Origin: Gammaproteobacteria bacterium | GTDB lineage: Bacteria; Pseudomonadota; Gammaproteobacteria; Steroidobacterales; Steroidobacteraceae | Assembly: GCA_031404555.1 (NCBI GenBank) | Contig: JANNHT010000181.1 | Location: 1-59,891, forward strand | Length of the DNA stretch: 59,891 nucleotides | Direction of reading: 5' to 3' | The notes under the pieces: generated by a model | The model's database searches: none | What the model saw: the letters and a program-made list of their open reading frames with translations, nothing else | Told to the model about the DNA's origin: nothing | Shown here: positions 57,454 through 59,891 of the stretch, in pieces | Numbering within the stretch: the stretch's first letter is position 1 | Layout: each line of letters opens with the position of its first letter | Program-made: the position numbers and the translations under genes

Positions 57454-59891
57454 ATGAACATGAACAGCAAACTACTGACGATATGCATTGCGGCGAGCCT
57501 CGGCACGCTCGCCCCCACGACCTTCGTGGCGGCGCAGGAGGCAATGATCGATGAGGTTTTTGTGACCGGCAGCCGGATCAAGCGAGCGGACATCGACGGC
57601 GTGGGCAAGATCAACATCCTCACGGCCGACGATTTCGCAAAAATTGGCGCGGTTTCCATTGACCAGGTGCTGAAGTTCTCGCCGTTCACGGCAGGCGCAC
57701 AGGCCGGCGCGGAGTCCAATTACCTTTCCGCGAAGGAGGGCTATGGCACCGCCAGCGTGAACCTGCGGGGCCTTGGCCAGAACAGGACGCTCGTGCTCGT
57801 CAATGGGCGGCGATTTGTCGCGGGCGGCTCCGGCGCCAATTCCGTGGTCGATCTCAATGGCATCCCGGTCAACATGATCGAGCGCGTGGAAACGCTGCTC
57901 GATGGCTCGTCCGCCATCTATGGCGCCGATGCGGTGGCGGGCGTGGTGAACATCATCACGCGACGCTCATTCGACGGCCTGCAGTTCGACGCATCGTATG
58001 GCGTGACGGAGGAAAGCGATGCCGAGAACGCCGAATTCAGCGTGATGTTCGGCCGCGAGAGCGATGACAGCGGGTTTGTCGTCAGTGCCAGCTACATCGA
58101 CCGCCTCGAAGCCCGCTCCAAGGACCGATCGTTTTCGGAGTGCTTCTTCGAGGAAGAGGATGGAGAAAAGTTTTGCTCCGGAAGTTCCAGCACGGCCGGC
58201 GGACGGGGAAGTACCGAAACAATGGGCAATGTCCAGTTCAATCAGGACCCCAACGGGGACGGCGATGCCTTCGTGCCGTACAGCTTTGCGCTGCACGCCT
58301 TCGATTTTCAGGAGTTCTTCAATCTGACGGCGCCCTACGATCGCATCAATATCAGCGCCAACGGGTTCATCGACCTGGCCGATAGAGTCCGGCTATTCAC
58401 GGAAAACACATACTCGAACCGCAGTTCCAACACCGAAGCGAGTCCCGCCTCATTTGCCAACCGGATCTTCTCCGCCACTTATCCGCACAACCCGACCGGC
58501 GAAGACCTGTCGCTCCGTCGCCGCATGGTGGAAGAGGGCTTCGGCGCCCGCATCTGGGAGCAGGAAGTTTCGCTCTTTCGCACGGTCGTGGGACTCGAAG
58601 GGACCATGGATAACGACTGGAGCTGGGAGGTCTCGGCCAACTACGGCAAGAGCGAGTCCGACGAGAAATTCACCAATGCGATCGACGTCCTGAATCTGGC
58701 GGCCACGATGGTAGAAGCGGATTGTGTTGCTCCGACCAGCACCCAATGCGTGGACTGGTTCGGGATCAATGACCCGTCTCCCGAAGCTTTGGCTTTCATC
58801 AATGCGACGGTGCCCACGGTGGGCGAGAACGTGCAGACCAGCCTGGTCGCGAACGTTGCCGGGGACCTGTTTGAAATGGCAGGCCGTCCCGTTGGGTTTG
58901 CGGCCGGCGTCGAATACCGGAAGGACGAGGGCGCGTACCGCAGAACCTATACTCGCCCGGTCTTGTCCGGCGGCGGCGGCAGCACGGATCCGATCGACGC
59001 AAGCTTGTCGTCAACGGAAATCTACGCGGAAGCGACGCTGCCGCTGACGTCGAGTTTCGACGTCAATCTGGCTGCCCGTTACTCCGATTACAGCGACTTC
59101 GATTCGGAGTTCACCTACAAGATCGGCGGAGACTGGCGCGTTGCGGACGGCTTTCGCCTTCGGTCGACGTACTCGACCTCGGTGAGAACACCGAACATCC
59201 GTGAGCTGTACACGACGGAGGAGATCAACTTCACGACATTCGTCGATCCCTGTGACCAGTGGGAGTCCAGCAGCGACGCCAACTTGCTGGCGAACTGTGC
59301 CGTTGATACGGGTCCGGGCTTCACGCAGAGCGAATTGTTTGTCGAAGTCGACTACCCGGGAAACCGGAACCTGAGCCCGGAGAAGGCGGAGACATTCACG
59401 ATCGGGGCCGTGTTCGAACCGGCAGCCGCGAATGGACTGGTGCTGACGGTCGACTATTACCAGATCGACATTGAGGACTCCATTCGTAACGTTCCGCCGT
59501 CAGCCGCACTCGAGCAATGCTATTTCTCGGCCGGCAAGTCGCACCCGACCTGCGCCAACATTGTCCGTGACATCTTCTCGGGCGATGTGATCTTCCTGGC
59601 GGTTCCGCTGGTTAATGCCGCAAGCGAAAAGATGCGCGGCGTGGATTTCGGCCTGCAATACGGCTTCCAGGCATTCAACAGCGACCTGACGCTCGTCTGG
59701 GATACGGCCTACCTCGACCAGTTCGACATCGACTTCGCGGGAGCGCGCAGCACCGTCGAATGGGCCGGCACCATTTCGAATGGCGAAGGCGGGCATGGAA
59801 GCTATACAAAGTGGCGGTCCAATCTCTCGCTGGGTATCGACAGGGAAAAGTGGGGCGCTTCGTACCGCATCAACTATATCGGCGATGCCGA
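57454..59891 (+). CDS. TonB-dependent outer-membrane receptor (3' end beyond window)
   Basis: Not in the ORF track because no stop falls inside the window. My translation from ATG 57454 (or 57460) gives a signal peptide and plug motifs (VFVTGSRI, VNLRGLGQNRTLVLVNGRR, IERVETLLDGSSAIYGADAVAGVVNIITR), followed by a long beta-barrel region open to nt 59891. Confidence 0.88.
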   Translation, partial: MNMNSKLLTICIAASLGTLAPTTFVAAQEAMIDEVFVTGSRIKRADIDGVGKINILTADDFAKIGAVSIDQVLKFSPFTAGAQAGAESNYLSAKEGYGTASVNLRGLGQNRTLVLVNGRRFVAGGSGANSVVDLNGIPVNMIERVETLLDGSSAIYGADAVAGVVNIITRRSFDGLQFDASYGVTEESDAENAEFSVMFGRESDDSGFVVSASYIDRLEARSKDRSFSECFFEEEDGEKFCSGSSSTAGGRGSTETMGNVQFNQDPNGDGDAFVPYSFALHAFDFQEFFNLTAPYDRINISANGFIDLADRVRLFTENTYSNRSSNTEASPASFANRIFSATYPHNPTGEDLSLRRRMVEEGFGARIWEQEVSLFRTVVGLEGTMDNDWSWEVSANYGKSESDEKFTNAIDVLNLAATMVEADCVAPTSTQCVDWFGINDPSPEALAFINATVPTVGENVQTSLVANVAGDLFEMAGRPVGFAAGVEYRKDEGAYRRTYTRPVLSGGGGSTDPIDASLSSTEIYAEATLPLTSSFDVNLAARYSDYSDFDSEFTYKIGGDWRVADGFRLRSTYSTSVRTPNIRELYTTEEINFTTFVDPCDQWESSSDANLLANCAVDTGPGFTQSELFVEVDYPGNRNLSPEKAETFTIGAVFEPAAANGLVLTVDYYQIDIEDSIRNVPPSAALEQCYFSAGKSHPTCANIVRDIFSGDVIFLAVPLVNAASEKMRGVDFGLQYGFQAFNSDLTLVWDTAYLDQFDIDFAGARSTVEWAGTISNGEGGHGSYTKWRSNLSLGIDREKWGASYRINYIGDA

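Overview
Very GC-rich proteobacterial chromosome segment spanning the replication-origin neighbourhood; nearly all of it is coding. Left to right: (1) glyS, whose 5' end sits at the window edge, plus a plsC-type acyltransferase. (2) A ~16 kb xanthomonadin-type (chorismatase + flavin halogenase) aryl-polyene pigment biosynthesis and export locus, 3001-19105, whose last transcription block starts 9 nt after the gyrB stop. (3) gyrB-recF-dnaN-dnaA on the minus strand, with a locally AT-rich dnaN-dnaA spacer carrying DnaA boxes (candidate oriC). (4) rpmH-rnpA-yidD-yidC-mnmE on the plus strand; rpmH is absent from the ORF track and mnmE is frame-broken inside a (CG)6 run. (5) A sulfate ABC transporter locus in atypical order: cysA with a ~200-aa USP-like tail, then cysT and cysW. 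These are chained by overlapping stop/start codons to a HAMP/PAS histidine kinase and an OmpR-type regulator, with sbp convergent. (6) A ~15 kb block (37.5-52.9 kb) with five signal-peptide-bearing amide-bond hydrolases and an APC permease. It also holds a tightly coupled cytoplasmic operon of two class-III aminotransferases, an aldehyde dehydrogenase and a two-subunit CoA-transferase. This is my best candidate for an uncharacterised pathway: oligo-amide or omega-amino-acid catabolism. (7) A visibly lower-GC copper-type locus: CopL-like Met/Cys-rich protein, TolC-like lipoprotein, Tat multicopper oxidase broken by a 1-nt indel, cytochrome c, NTF2-like protein, and a TonB-dependent receptor running off the window. 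I saw no rRNA, tRNA, CRISPR, transposase or integrase. Four conserved genes show frame or start-codon anomalies at short repeats, so assembly indels are a real possibility. This tempers any claim about apparent gene fusions. Many long ORFs in the track are mirror-frame artefacts of the high GC content.
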